This document shows, in pieces, positions 15,001 to 30,000 of a DNA stretch of 64,000 nucleotides. Numbering within the stretch: position 1 is the first letter of the stretch; each line of letters opens with the position of its first letter. The notes beneath the pieces are model-generated. The model was not told where the DNA came from. It worked only from the letters and a program-made list of their open reading frames with translations, and searched no databases. Both the position numbers and the translations under genes were made by a program. The stretch comes from Antedon mediterranea (taxonomy: Eukaryota; Animalia; Echinodermata), in the NCBI RefSeq assembly GCF_964355755.1, contig NC_092671.1, positions 36,404,304-36,468,303 of the forward strand, in the 5' to 3' direction.

Positions 15001-18000
15001 ACATCAAACGTGTCATTGAAAGCATTCATTGGCATAAAAGCAAGTTGAGCACCACCAAGAATTCGGAGTTCATCAAATTTGTACGAGTTTGTTCCTGTTT
15101 CTGGCTCTATCCAAGTCCTAGCACTATCCAACTCTCTAAAATTGTACCTGTCAGTAGAAAAGATTAGTAGTCTAAAAAGTGAAATTTTAGAAACATCATA
15201 CCACGAAATTGCCCTTCAAATATAGGAATATTCATCATATATAATGATGTCTTGCGACATTACGCTTTCTTCTTATTTCTAAAAAAATTTGTTTTGCCTT
15301 CTATTTAATAAGACCTATTCCCGCCAATCTCTCGCATTATTTATCCATCCTTTGAAATGTTGTCTTATTCTTTATTCCCAATCAAAACAAGAACAACAAC
15401 AATAAACAACTACAAAGTAAGTGGCAGGAAACACAAAAGGGAACTAAATCCCAATGACAAGAGCCTGTGAATCCTCTTACCAAGATTTTCTTCTAATTCT
15501 TACCTATCATGTGTATGCATACCGTCTTCAAATATCTCTATTTCTGATAATGAAGCATAATTGTTAGGACTTCCATCTCCGACTATGATGACTACGACCT
15601 TATCTGCATTCCTTCGTACTGGTAACTCCAGAAACGTCCCTTGTGTACACTTTGAACTTGGATTTATATAATTACTTGTTTCATAATTTATTGAATCAGA
15701 AAGTTCTGTTTGCACCTAAAAAAGGTAAACATGTGTTTGAAATTTATTCGCTGTTTTTAATAAATATTCAGTAAATGGAATGTGCATTTGAGCTTACACC
15801 ATGAAACTTAACTATTTTTAAGCATCATCTTTTGACTGAGCTTATTGAATCATGATTCATAGTAATTCTATTCATATGATATAAACTTTAGCTGCAAAAT
15901 AATTATAAAACACGAAAACAATATTTTTAATGCAAAATGATAAGTTAGATTGTTTGTTAAAATATTTGTCTGTACCAGATGCATTGTGGGTGATTTTGTG
16001 GCTTAGGATTGATGAAAATAAATGCAAACTACATAGAGAAATAAGGAAGAAAAGAAAACTTACTTTAAATTTAGTAGGACGGGAACAGACAGGGTAAATC
16101 CTTAAAACATTCACAAACTTAACTTTGTTGTTGAAATCGAAAGTAATCGTAGCGGATGATCCATACGCTAGGTAGTATTGACCATAGGCTGAACCCAATG
16201 TTTGATCAAACATATTTTGGAGATAATAGTTATAATAATAGGGATGAGAATAATATGGGCTTGTACTGGTTGTGACTATAATTCCACTAGCTGTTGTGTA
16301 ACTACTTTTACGAGCGTAAGGGTACCCGGGATCCATCAGATCTAAACGTCGTCCAATGTTTTCAATTTCGTCATCAAGAGATGTACGTCCCCGATTGTCG
16401 ACAACAAGCGTTTCATGGTCTGTATCCAAGTGTTTGATGTACGCTGTCCCAGATGCACCAGCTTCTGATGAAACACTGTTGATTGTACCACCTTGTACGT
16501 TGTACGCACCTTGGAAGAAATCGTGGGTCACATTACTTGTGTGGTAGATTGCGATTCGACCCCCGGCACCACTTCCACCTGTTCCAAAACCTGCTCCTCC
16601 AATTACCTCAAATGCACCAGTGTGGCCACCTGAAATAATAAATCATTTTTAATCAAAACAATTTAATAAGCAGTATATTAACCAAATAAATTCATATTTC
16701 ACAACCAAATAAATGGAAGTATTAATACTGTATGAACTTTCCTTACTGTTATTTTAGCATTTTAATTAATTTGTGGGTATTATTTTTACAAGTTGAAATT
16801 TCTAAATATTTAGTATTGCTGACTAGCCTAATCATAACCAAGAGACAGTCAATTGCATATAATTCATAATTACTGTGTTTACGAACACCATATGAACAAG
16901 TCAAGCAGAGAAAAAGAATCTTGATGACTTGTAAAATGTTGGAGTTTTACAAATCTAAATGCTAATGCTCTAGAACTTACCTGTGAGGGCGCCCACAGTT
17001 ACTAACAGACTACCGCCACTTCCTCCACTGCTATTTGGGTCTACGCTATCTAAACTATTTGCAGCTATGTGACCGTCCACGCGTAATATATTTTCAACTT
17101 CAATTTCAAGAATACCACCTCCTGTAGATTGATAAATAATAAGATGAAAAATACAATTAAACCAAGTACAGAACTTGAAATACATGCCATTGTAATTTTA
17201 GAGTCAAAAGTAAATACAGACTCTTCTATATTATCATCAACATTTGATTTTTGCCTCTTAAAAATAAATTACCTTTTCCGGCGACCTCTGTAGCACCATA
17301 GCCTCCGCTTCCGAAATCCATTGGATAGAAAAAGTTTCCATAGGGATGGTTTCGCTTTAGACGGCAAGTAAAGAATCCACCACATTCACCCCTACCACCA
17401 ATACCTCCATGCGAGGCACCACTTTTCCAATGATAGTTGAACGTTCCTGGTGCTGAAGATGAATAAAACACAGTTAATACAATTTTTGATTAAACCAAGT
17501 CTGATTTGAGGCTTAGGGAGTGGAGTTGAAAGTGTCGCGAGTTACAACCCTGGCACTAGGTCAGGATTGAACCCTGGACCTCGGGATTGGAAGGCAAGCA
17601 CGTTAACCACCAAGCTACATCTCGACTTAAGGAACTTAAAACATAGAGAATGAGTTTTGTAAATGCGTATATAGTTAAAGTTTCCTTTCATTATCTGGAA
17701 GCATATAAATCTGATAATACCCAAATGGTACTTCAAATTAATTTTTATTTTGAATACAAAACTAAAATTATTATTTACCTGGACCTTCCATAGGTAAATG
17801 ACCTCCATCACTTGCATCAACTCGACCACCATCATCAACTACCATATCAATACTTTCAATTTTCAGATGATTACTGTAAATTGCTCCACCTCCTTCAACA
17901 ACCAAGAGTGGTACATTCAAATTGTATTGGTACTCGTGAGCATTCTCACCGCACGTACGGATAAACGAGTCAGCTTTTATTGTGACCGAGTCATTAAACC

Positions 18001-21000
18001 GATATTGAAGTGCCGGTAGTCGATTTGTTGACGAGGTATTGAGAATGTGCAAAGCAGCTCCGTTGTAGAGTTTCATAACATTCACATGATCCATTGTACC
18101 TTCCAGATATATAAAAACTTTACTGAGAACAGTTTCTGGCGCCAGACCAATGTATCCCTTATCGTACACATACGAGCTGAATGGAGTATCAAGGAATTCA
18201 CGTTTTAAATCCATTATCTGGTTCGGACCAATGTGTACCTTACCCGTTCGATCCCCGATCATGTGACGGAAGAATAAACTAGCTCCATGATCATATGGTT
18301 CGGTTAGTATTGCAACTTCAGCGTTTCCATATATTTGTAATTCTTCAAAATGATAATCCCGACGTCCATTGGCAAAGTAATGTTCACCCGCCTGTGGAAG
18401 TATCCAAGCTTTGAATGAATCGCCACTTATATCAGAATGTTCAAGCGGTCTTGTACACATATCTTCATGATCAGGAATCTTAAGCATATTATTGTCAATT
18501 AGGAGAGTGCGATGTTCGTAGTAAAGATGGTATAAGAACACAGTCCCAGGCCCACCATGTCTATCTGATTCAATTTGATCGATATCTGCTCCACCAAATG
18601 ATTGAAAGGACCCAATGAATGTGAAGTTGGACAAGAGGTAAAGTGCAATACGACCTCCTGCTCCACCACCACCTCCTTCACTTCCACTGACATATCCACC
18701 AGAAGCAGTAACATTACCAGTTCCTGTAATCAGATTACAATTTATAAACACACTGCCTCCACTACCACCTCCATTGCACCCAGTAACATACTCTCCATCA
18801 GATTTGATCTCACCATCCAAACGAAGTACATTGGTGATATTGATCCAGACAGTTCCTCCACCAGTACCACCTTTAGTTCCACCACCAGAGCTTCCATGAA
18901 CAAAAGGTTCATACAAATTTCCATATGGTTGACCAGTAAATGCATTTCCTTTTCCTTTTCCACTTGTTCCTCCATGGCCACCACCTGAGGAGCCTGTAGA
19001 ATAACTACACCCATCATAGCCTTTCCCAATATTGATTTCATTATCTTTGTCTGTAGTGTGCTCTGGTGTAAATCCCTCGTAATTGGTATCTAGCTGTCCA
19101 CCATCATCAATCGTAAGGTTAACTGATGTGACCGACAGTCTTGTTCCGTGAAACAATCCTCCGCCTTCGATGTACAATTCTTGAGTATCAATAGATATTC
19201 CTTGATCCATTAATGGTGATGTTACGCCGAGAAGTATCCCGTTATTTTGTATTTTAACATCGTTAAATGTATAAAAGTTTGGATCATTTTCACCAGTATA
19301 TCCTCCACTCCTCATCCATAAAAGTCCTCCATGCCGAATAGTTATATTTTCCACATGGTGTAAGACATCTTCTAACCAGATACTGACACCATGAACAACT
19401 GTATAAGGAGCAAGACCAACATAGCCACCAGGGTATTCAATTACGCTAAATGGCAAGTCAATTACAGGACGTTTTAAATCAAATACAAGATTTTCTCCGA
19501 TGTGTACAGTACCTGTTCTGTCTCCTATCATATGTCTGAAGAAAAGGGTGAAATTACTATTTACTGGATCAGTTAGTACTGCTAACTGAGCTGATCCATA
19601 AATCTGAAGTTCTTCAAAGTGATAATCATAGGTTCCATTAGCAAAAAAATGTCGACCAGATTGAGGTAAAATCCATGTTCTACAGCTGTCAGTACTAAGA
19701 TCTTTGTAATCCTCAATCAAATGAACTTCATCAGTTATGCCAATTTTAACATGCACATCGTAAGGAGTTGTCAATGGTTCACGTCCACCGTTGTCAATGA
19801 TGAGTGTTCTATGTTCATGATACAAATGATATACAAAAGCAGTGCCTGCACCTCCATGCTCTGCGTCATTCCCGCCAAACCCGCCTCTAGTGTGATATCG
19901 GAAACCTGTCATTGTCTGGTTGTTTACAAAGTAAATTGCAATTCTGCCTCCAGCTCCTCCACCCCCTGTTGCAGTTGCCAATCCATCGCCTCCGTCGGCT
20001 TCAAATTTTCCGTACCCTGCCAGGGTGTCAGTATAAACCCATATACTTCCTGCACTTCCACCTCCTCCACCGTTATTATCTCCAGCTTTCTTAGCAGCAT
20101 ATCCACCATTCGCTGAGACTTTTCCATCAATCAAAATCGTGTCGGTAACATTCATCCAAATAATTCCTCCACCAGAACCACCATCAACATTTGTTTTGCT
20201 TTTCCCACCAGCACTTCCAAAAACATACGGTTCATAGAGGTCACCGTATGCGAATCCTGCACCAAATGATTCCATTGATTTCCCTCTACCACCACTACCA
20301 CCATGCCCTGCACCAGCACTTGGTCCCTGAAGTGCATCTGGTGACCCAGGATTCACGTCACCAAGTAGCGACACTGATCCATGTGTATCGTTGCTATGAT
20401 TTGGTTGATAGCCTAGACCATCTGCTATTATCAAACCTCCAGCATCTATAGTTATGTTAGTAGATAAAAATGTCATGCGTGTTCCGTTAATTAATCCTCC
20501 ACCCTCTACCACAAGCCCAATTGTATGGAATGTAATTCCAGGTTCATCAATTGGACTGGTTACTGCTTCTATGATCGAGTCATCTTGTACTAAAACAAAA
20601 TCAAATTCGCAATTACTTGGCTGCTGTCCCGTTGTTCGTCCACCATGTTTGACTGAAAACAAACCGCGATGATGTAATGTAAAATTCTTTACATGTGATA
20701 ATTGTCCAGCAAGGTGAATCTCTACATCATGTGCAACTGTGATTGGGGCTAATCCCAAATGACCATCATAATACACATGCACATTAAATGGTAGATCTAT
20801 CTCTTTTCTGTTCAAGTCCATTTCTTGTTGGTCTGCAATATGTAGAGTTCCTGTCCTATCACCAATCATGTGAATAAAGTGAAATGTAACTAGTTTGATT
20901 CCGGTTTGGCTAAACTGAACTCTTCCCCATTCATTAAGAGTATCTAAAGTCCTGTTAGGTGTCAATGCAGCTACATGTGCGCCCTCGAATATTTGCAACT

Positions 21001-24000
21001 CTTCAAAATGGAATTCATTACTACTTCCAGCAAATTCATGACCACCTGATAATGGGAGGATCCATGCCCGGCATCCATCTTCATCAAGAGTGTCCCAATC
21101 AATTGATTTGGTTCTAGGTTGCAAGCCTGCATTCTCTACATACAAACTTCGATGATCTTCTAATTGATGATAAATAAATATAGTGCCTGGACCTCCACCT
21201 TCACATTCAGAATTGCATCCAGTCCCAGGTTGCCCTCCATGAGCTTCGTAATTGAAATCACTAAAGGTAATGTTTTGGTTAAAATAAAGAGCAGTTCTAC
21301 CTGCTGCTCCCCCTCCACTGTACGACCCACCGTCGCCACCATTCACAGCAATAGTGCCATATCCTCTGATTGTATCACAATACATCCATATACTTCCTCC
21401 GCTACCACCACCACTTTTGTCATTTCCATTTTTACCATTGGAAGAAACAAGGCCATCAATATCAATGGTGTCTGTAACATTAAACCATATCCTGCCACCA
21501 CCTGGACCACCACCTGTACCACCACCTGCACTACCAAACTCTGTAGGTTCATATAAAGTACTGTATGGCTTTCCGGTTTTGCTTAATCCTAAGAAAACAT
21601 AATAAATATTCTTTTATTGAATAATAAAATAAATAAATGAGTGACTGAATGCTTAAACATATTCTGCACGCTAGCTAAACAGTAAAAACACTATATAATT
21701 CAGTAAATAGGGCAGGGTATGAATACATAGGAAATAGATTTGTGTGATTTACAAGAGCTATTAATATTGGTTAGAAACAGCTGAAAATTGACACCAAAAT
21801 TGAACTGTTACTACCTTTGCCATGTCCACCACTGCCACCATGCCCTGCACCAGACGATCCACTGCTACTTGTAAACCCCTGTCCATAGTTGATTATTCCA
21901 TGCATGCCAACTCGGTAACTTCCATCGGTGTCTGTACTACCCCCATCCGAAACTGCATAACCAAACCCGTCTGCCCGAAGAACACCTCCAGAATCGATGG
22001 TAATGTTTTCCGAATGCATATATAAATGAGTTCCTTCCAAAAGACCACCACCATCAATGTGGAGAAGTCGGGTAGTAAATCTGATCCCAGAATCCGTTAC
22101 AGGATCAGAAACCATGTGCATGTAACCTTCTGTCTGCACATGGACTGTGTCAAACTCATACGTTGAGGACGATAGGTTACCAGTATGACCATCGTGATTC
22201 AGCCAAAATCTACCACCATGATGTAAAGTCAAGTTCTCAACATAATCCAGAGCACCATCTAGATATATAGTAACACCATGGACAATAGTTTCTGGCGCTA
22301 ACCCCAGCCTTCCATCTTGATACACTCTTACATTGAATGGTAGGTCTAGCTTTTCTCTAAACAAATCCATCGTCTGGTTCCTTGCAATGTGAAGTGTACC
22401 GGTGCGATCACCAATCATATTTTCGAAGAACAAAGAAGCTGGTGTAAATAGTGGATCAGTAAGTACAGCAAGATGCGCATTTCCATAAATTTGTAATTCT
22501 TCAAAATAGTAATCAAAATCACCTAATACAATACAATACAAAACAGAATTAATGTTCAGCTTATAGAAAACAATTTGAAAATGAATGTTAACTTTCTTTT
22601 AAACTTGCAATATTGCAAGTTTTTTTAACGGTTTAGTTTAATTTTATTATTATTACGTTCATTGTTAACAAAGATTTCAGCCTTAAATAAGTGGTGCTGT
22701 TTTGTATGTTTATATATATACATAAAAAAATAAATAAATTTGAAAACCTAGACCTAAAGAAAATGGGAATCCATGATGGAGAGAATCTACCATATGTTTG
22801 TAGTGGAGACAATTATTATTATTCATTATATAAGTGTTTTCTGCAACATTTGGATGCACAATCTCAAGATAAGACAAAAACATAGTAATCAAACTGTTCA
22901 ATAAAGCACATACCTGCAAAGTCATGCAGACCTGAGGATGGTAAAAGCCATGTGTGACTTTCATCTTCAGATAAATCTTCATAATTCTCAATTGCATTGT
23001 CATCCTCTTGTCCTTTGCCATTATTATTAACAAGAAGCGTTCTGTGGATGTAACGAGTATGGTAGAAGAATATTGTTCCTGCTGCACCTACACCAGATGA
23101 TACACCCCCACTATCACCTCCATGGGCTTGCCACGAGCCAGAAAAGGTGCGATTCAGAGCAAAGTAGACTGCGATACGACCAGCGGATCCACCTCCGCCT
23201 TGGTATGTGGAACTATGTGTATGTCCATCTCCACCGTTAACAGATATCGTTCCATATCCCTGAAAATTAAAACTTTATCTGATCATTACAGTAGATTTAT
23301 TCAATATTATTTATATTTAGTGATTTTTAGGTATTGTTATAGAGAACAAAGACAATAAACACACTATAAAGCTCTGTCTACACTATCAAACAAATATATA
23401 TGCCCAATTATGGTATGTCTATATACAAGAGCACATCACATTTATTGTCACATAAACTGTGTAGACAGAGCTTTAGACTATCAAATTTTACTTTCCTCCA
23501 TTTTTCCCTTTTCACTTGTTTCACAATGCTTCAAGATTTTTATTTGTGCTTTATAAATTTTTAAAACCAATGTCAATTGATAACAGTAGATTTTTAAATA
23601 ATATGTGCATTTCCACTTTGAAAAATGATTTAATATAGCATTTTGCACTTTTAGCTCCATCAACATAGTCTTGCACAATAAAACATCTCAGTGATAATAT
23701 CAATATATACCTGCATATTGTTCGTATTGATCCAAATAGTTCCTCCACTCCCACCCCCAGAACCGTACTGTGTACCTGCCTCTCCGTTGGCACTTATTTC
23801 ACCATCTATTTTCATGTTTTCTGTAACTGCAATTGTTAATGTTCCTCCACCTCTACCCCCAGAATTACCGCCACCTTTACAACCCATGTGGTATGGTTCA
23901 AATACATGGCCAAATGGGGCACCTGTCTTTGCCTGATGTGAACCACGACCTCCTGTGCCACCGTGACCCGCACCTACCGGTAAAATGTTTGTTTATGGTA

Positions 24001-27000
24001 TTCATGCAAAGAAAAGAAAACCCTAAACCATCAAATAATAATAGACAAATAATAATGATTAAAATCCAAAATGGTATCAATAAAAAAAATGTAAATTTAT
24101 GATAAATATCGGGAAATTGTCTAATACACTTTTGTTTCCATTAACCTACATTTACATCCCAAGTTTTAACCTTTGACATCATGGCTTTATTTCAGTTATA
24201 AGATCAACAGTTTTCAATTTGCGATGACTAGGACCTAATTCAGTGTGCGCATGCATTGAAATGTAGGAGGGCTCTTCCTCACTCGATTCCTCAAGGACAA
24301 CGACCTATGACACAATAATGTGTAGGTCACAGGTCATAACAAAATATAAGCTCCCTAATAACACACACTATACCTGAACTTCCATATCCATTTGGAGAAT
24401 TTTTCCCTATGCCATCAGGGTCAATACAAGTCACATCATGATAGTCTGCTACAATACGACCTAGGTCATTAACAACTAACGAGTCAGCATTCAGTTCCAG
24501 ATTGACGGCATGAAGATGTCCGCCACCTTGCACATGAATTACATCTGCAGTGATAGTAATGTTGCTAAGAGCATCATCGTCATCATCCAATGCAGTAACC
24601 TCACCTCCATCTGCTATGGTTAAGGTGTCAAACCTGAAGTGACCCGCTAAGCCTCCTGATGTAAATTCTATAGATGTTTCTACCGAGTCGTTGATGAGAC
24701 GTGACGTTCCACTTGGTGCTAGAAGCAGACGACATCCTGGACCAACAATCATGTTGTGGACACTTATTACACCTCTGAAATAATGAAACCAAATTTTAAT
24801 TAACAATTTTACAACCAGGATGGCATACATACAACAAGAAACAATAAGGAAATTGACAGAGTTGTCAATGTTTCAAAATCGTTGTGTATTGTATAAATAA
24901 AAGTGTGTTGCTAAACTTTTGCCTGATGAAATCGAAGAACTGATGAAAAAAAAATGTGTAGCAACCGTTAAGCTCTGTCTACACTATCAAACTTTATGAC
25001 AAAAAAGGTGTGATGTGCCCAAATATGGTAGTGATATGCCCACATATGGTAGTGATAAGACATCATCATGTCCATATATGAGCACATCACATATTTTTGT
25101 CACAAAGTTTGATAGTATAAACAGAGCTTTACCTTATTGAAATTTCAACATCATAGCATTCAAATGTTGTTGGGAAAACAATGGTTCCACCTTCATAAAC
25201 ATGGATATTAAGCTCCCATGATCTGTCATGAACTGGCTTAACAACATAAACCTGCCCTGATCCAATGTGAAGGTAAGACGTTGTATCACCATGAAATAGA
25301 TCACCACGGAGACTGAAAAATAACAAAACATTTAATAAAACATTTAAAGATGTATTGTCCCCCAAAAACATGAAAAATGAAGAATAATTAAATCAGACTT
25401 AGAACATGTTATTTTTTAGTTTTAATAAAGTTAATCATAGAAAAAGAAATAATGTTTTCACTTATAAAATAACAAAATAAATAAAATAGTTAAATTCAAC
25501 CAAAAACCCATTGGTTGACAGTTTTTTAGGAGAAATATATGTTTTGGATAACTATTATATTACATTAAAATGGCATATTCAACAAAAATGTTGTTAAGAA
25601 TTATTTTTTCAAGGGGACAATACATCTTTTCACAAAACAATAACTTTATTTGTATATTTTGTTTAATTCTATGCATAGTGTAACCATGCTAGCTTTAACA
25701 TTTAAACAAATATTTCTTACCCAGTAATATTTGAATCAGCAGCAAAATGAGCTTGTTTTACTACAAATATATTATCTAAATGCAGTTCTTCATCTTCTTC
25801 CGTTGACAACCATGATCGGCTTGTATCCATGGAAACATCTTTGAATGATGCAATCTCCTCAATCGGGGGCTGTCGGTTATTGTTATCAATCAACAGCGTT
25901 TTATTCGGGAAATGCGGTGGCAGTGCTTCGAGATAAACGGTCCCTGCACCACCAACACCATAACTACCACTCCCTCCAAACGATGTCAGTTGTCCGAACC
26001 ACCAATCGATAGCGCGGTAGAAGATAGCAAGTCTACCGCCTGAACCACCCCCACCATTTGTCCCACCGTTGCCTCCATTGACCTACAAATAAATATATTT
26101 AAACTTAATACAATAATTCTTCAAAAGTTTTGTGCAGCAAGCATTTTTTAAAAATAAGATATTATCAAATACAGTAAAACCCTTTCCTATTAAAGGGACA
26201 TTTTTCAGTAAATAATCAAAGGACCCTACCGGAAACAATTTTAAGGACTAGGTTATCCTTGGTGTGAAACACCCAAAATAATAACAACACACTTTATTCA
26301 TGGGACACCCTATTATGGGGACATTTCGTTCGTTCCTGAAAATCAGAAAATGTTCCCTTAATAGGGTTCTATAATCTAAACTACACTGATCAGGGAAAAA
26401 TTTCATTTCGAAATTATGTTTAGCAATATTGCTAATCAAAGTGATTTTTGATCCGAGAAACATAGTTTTGTATTGTATTTTTTGCTACACAATTGTACAA
26501 ATGTGTAGCAAGGTTGTTTTGTATAGCTTTTTGCTATGCTACACTGGCGAAATTATTCCCTGCTGATACTCTCTAGACTAATATATTACTGAATGTGTCA
26601 TACCTGTATACTACCAATTCCCTGTAGTTCGTTTGTGTAGACCAAAATGGAACCTCCAGTTGCTCCTCCTTTATATGAGGCACCATTGTCACCCACTGAT
26701 GTAATAGAACCTTCCACTAATAGTGTAGTGGTATTCAATTTCAAAATACCTCCACCTCTTGTACCACTACCACTACCACTACCAAAATATATCGGTTGAT
26801 CCATTTTACCATATGGTTGTCCAACATGTTGATCTGTTAAATAATATCAGTTTCAGAGGTTTTAAAGTTTATTTACCTCCGCCAAGGAGGTATATGTAGT
26901 CGATCGTGTGTGTTTGTCTGTTTGTTTGTCAGCAGGATTACTCAAAAAGTTATTGCAAGTTCCTTACCAAAATGAAAATACAGATAGATATGTGGTCAAA

Positions 27001-30000
27001 AGATAGGAGATAATTTTCATAAGCTGGCAAGCAGTTTTAAAGTAACAAGTAAACTGAAATTGCATTTTTACTCGAGAACTACTTGTCCAAAAAACTTTGT
27101 ACAAGAGGCAAGAGTTATAATTTGTGATTTGTAATTTCAAAATCTCTATATCTTTTTTCCGGTGAAATTTTATGTAGGGGGACTTTACAGTAGGAGGTAT
27201 GCACTCTAGGAGTGACGTTCTGTTTTTTTTTTTGTAATTTATTACACAAAAAATATATAAATACACACAAATAAAAAGTTAGCTCAAAACCTTTCATCAA
27301 ACTTTCATTAAAAACTTTAGACACTAACTAAATTTATTTTGTGTGAAAAAAAAAATTTTCTTTATTTTAGTTTCATTGACTTTGAAACCAATCTAATTTT
27401 CTAACATTTACATTTCACATATTTTTACATAATAATAATAACAAAAATATTCTCACCTGTACTACGTCCTCTGCCACCAATTGCCCCGAACCCAGCTCCA
27501 GATGTCACTACTGATAGAGGTGTGCCAGGTCCTTCACTGTACCCCATTCCGTTCACTGATAATTGTCCTGAAATCTCCACATCAATGCTTTCAGCAGTAA
27601 TATCAAGAACCGATCCACGAAGTAAGCCACCGCCTTCAATTGTCAATTTTCCTGACCTTTGACCTTCACCTGTTCCTTCTAGAATCTAAAAATAGATTTT
27701 AAAACAGTTAATGAAACAAAACTGATGGAATAAATTTCTGGTTTGATTAGACATTGAGTCTTTATTAAGGTGAATGGGGAGACAATTAAATAATGACAAA
27801 ATAATAATTTTTATTTTTTTTTTACAGAAGTGCATAACTTTATTATTACTACAAAATGGTCTATTTAAAGTCTGATTTGATTAATCTTCATTTTTCATGT
27901 TTTTGGGGAACAATACATCTTTAACAATTTAAAATATTTTTAAAAGAAAAAAAGCCACAACAATATACCTGAAGAGTCCATCTATCATCCTCATCGTCTA
28001 CTAAACTTTTAAAGTCTAAAATACCATTTTCCTGAATAGTGATGCCAACGCATTCTATATGACGTCTACTTGACAATTCCAACGATAAAGTTGTACCTGA
28101 AGCAACTAATTGTAATATAATATAAATGATTAGGGATGAAGATTAGGGATTAGGGATGAAGAGTAGGTATTAGGGATAAAGATTAGGAATTAGGGATGAA
28201 GATTAGGAATTAGGGATGAAGATTAGGTATTAAGGATGAAGATTAGGGATGAAGATTAGGGATGAAGATTAGGGATTAGAGATGAAGATTAGGGATTGGG
28301 GATGAAGATTAGGGATTAGGGATGCAGATTAGGGATTGGAGATTAAGAATATCATGTTGGCTGATTTACATTATCATTTTGATTTAGCTGGTTACATAAT
28401 TTTATTTTTATCTCCATTGAGATCCAGTCACTGATACCAAGAAACGAAGAAAATGTTTTCTGTAATTTGCCTTTGGATTTATAATATACATAAATCATAC
28501 AACAGAATATATACCGTAATTATGTACACAATTTATTGATTTAAATAATAAATTTTTACTTTAGTCAATTTAATTTCTGTAAGAAATATATACCAAAAGA
28601 TCAGATTTTGAAATAGATGTACTTTTTACTCAAAGAATTTTGTTTAAACTTAAATTATTGTATACAATTTTTTTTTAAACAAAATATAATATAGAATAGT
28701 CATGTACATATTTCCGCTGTTATTTACCATATCCAATCAGAAGGTGTGCTCTGGAAGTATCTAAAATACCCCAGATTTTCACATGAGAGCTGATCAAGTT
28801 TGTCCCAGCACAACCAGTTCTGTAAGACTGTCGAAACTCTACCGTGGCAGTAGGAAGTATCCACATTGCCTCTTCATAGATGTATGGAGCCCAGGTAACA
28901 TTGGCTCGAATGTAAGGCGATACCTTCAAAGAAAGATGCATTATTTATGATTACAAAACACCAGTTGTTTGTAGCCTTACTTTCTAACAAAGTTATTAGA
29001 GCTCTGTAAAAAAAGAGAAACTCAACAGTTCTTTTCAGAACTAGATATGTTGGTGCACCGCAAACTTCATATCAACAGCTCTGTACAAGTTATCTTTTTT
29101 ATACAGTATTATGATACTGTTTAAGGTTTGCATACAAATACACACTAGTAAAGTTCAGAATGTGAAAAGAGAAATAAAGAGTACAGTTGAGAATGAGTTG
29201 AGGTTGGATTCTCAACTTTACTTTATTTTCTTTTGGATACACTTTTTAATGGTTGAAGTCTGTCGCAAACGACAATGTCAGTTTAGTCTTACATTCATCT
29301 GAATTGATGAAACTAAGTCAGGACTGTTTAAAACACCTTGGTTGGTCCTAACATTGATCAAGGGCTTCTCTCGTCCAGTGCCCACCTTGACCAGAGGAAA
29401 GGCATAAACCAATACATTTGAGGCAGATACTAGATGCGGGAGGTGCCATAGTCAGCAGTGCTGATTTCAAATACCTGATGGGACTCCAGCTTCATATATA
29501 CAGCACCTGATAAGCCCAGATGGTCTCCCATCCAAGCTCTAACCGGATTAACCGAATTTTGACTTTATACTGTACTAAGATATTCAACTCTATGTCTAGC
29601 CAATACACATTAATACTCACAGCATCTACATCCAGAATGTGATTTGGTGCAACATGTATATAGCCAGTGTCATCACCATGAACCCATTCTGTTCTAACAA
29701 TTGTCCTATTTCCAGCAAATGTCAGATGTGCACCTCCATAGATTTCAATGTGAGTGAATCTGTATTCAAAATCATCAGATGCTGGCAGCAAATAGGCAAT
29801 GGCCCCTGTATATTAAATAACATTAATAGTAGATAATAAAACATCTGCATAAAGATCTTTAATTCAATGCATTTGTGGTGTAATAATATTTTTTGAAGCT
29901 ACACATTTACAACGGTGGCACATGTTCATACACGGTGTATAGGCTAGTCTAGATTATAGACAGAGATTTGACTTAATATTTGTAATGAAAGCACTCAGAA

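Noticed and set aside
17771-21385. 1204-aa ORF as a stand-alone, possibly bacterial or horizontally transferred, gene
   Set aside because: It is bounded by splice sites in phase with neighbouring exons and is an internal exon of the giant gene.
17798-22025. Many plus-strand Ser/Thr/Pro-rich ORFs and alternative-frame minus ORFs
   Set aside because: They are shadows of the Gly-rich (GGN codon) exons on the opposite strand or in other frames.
24921-24950. Two CTGATGA motifs suggesting another hammerhead or a C/D snoRNA
   Set aside because: No stem II followed by GAAA, no stem III and no terminal stem were seen.
28128-28345. True interstitial telomere
   Set aside because: There is no run of pure (TTAGGG)n; the period is 7/13/20 bp with GATGAA spacers.
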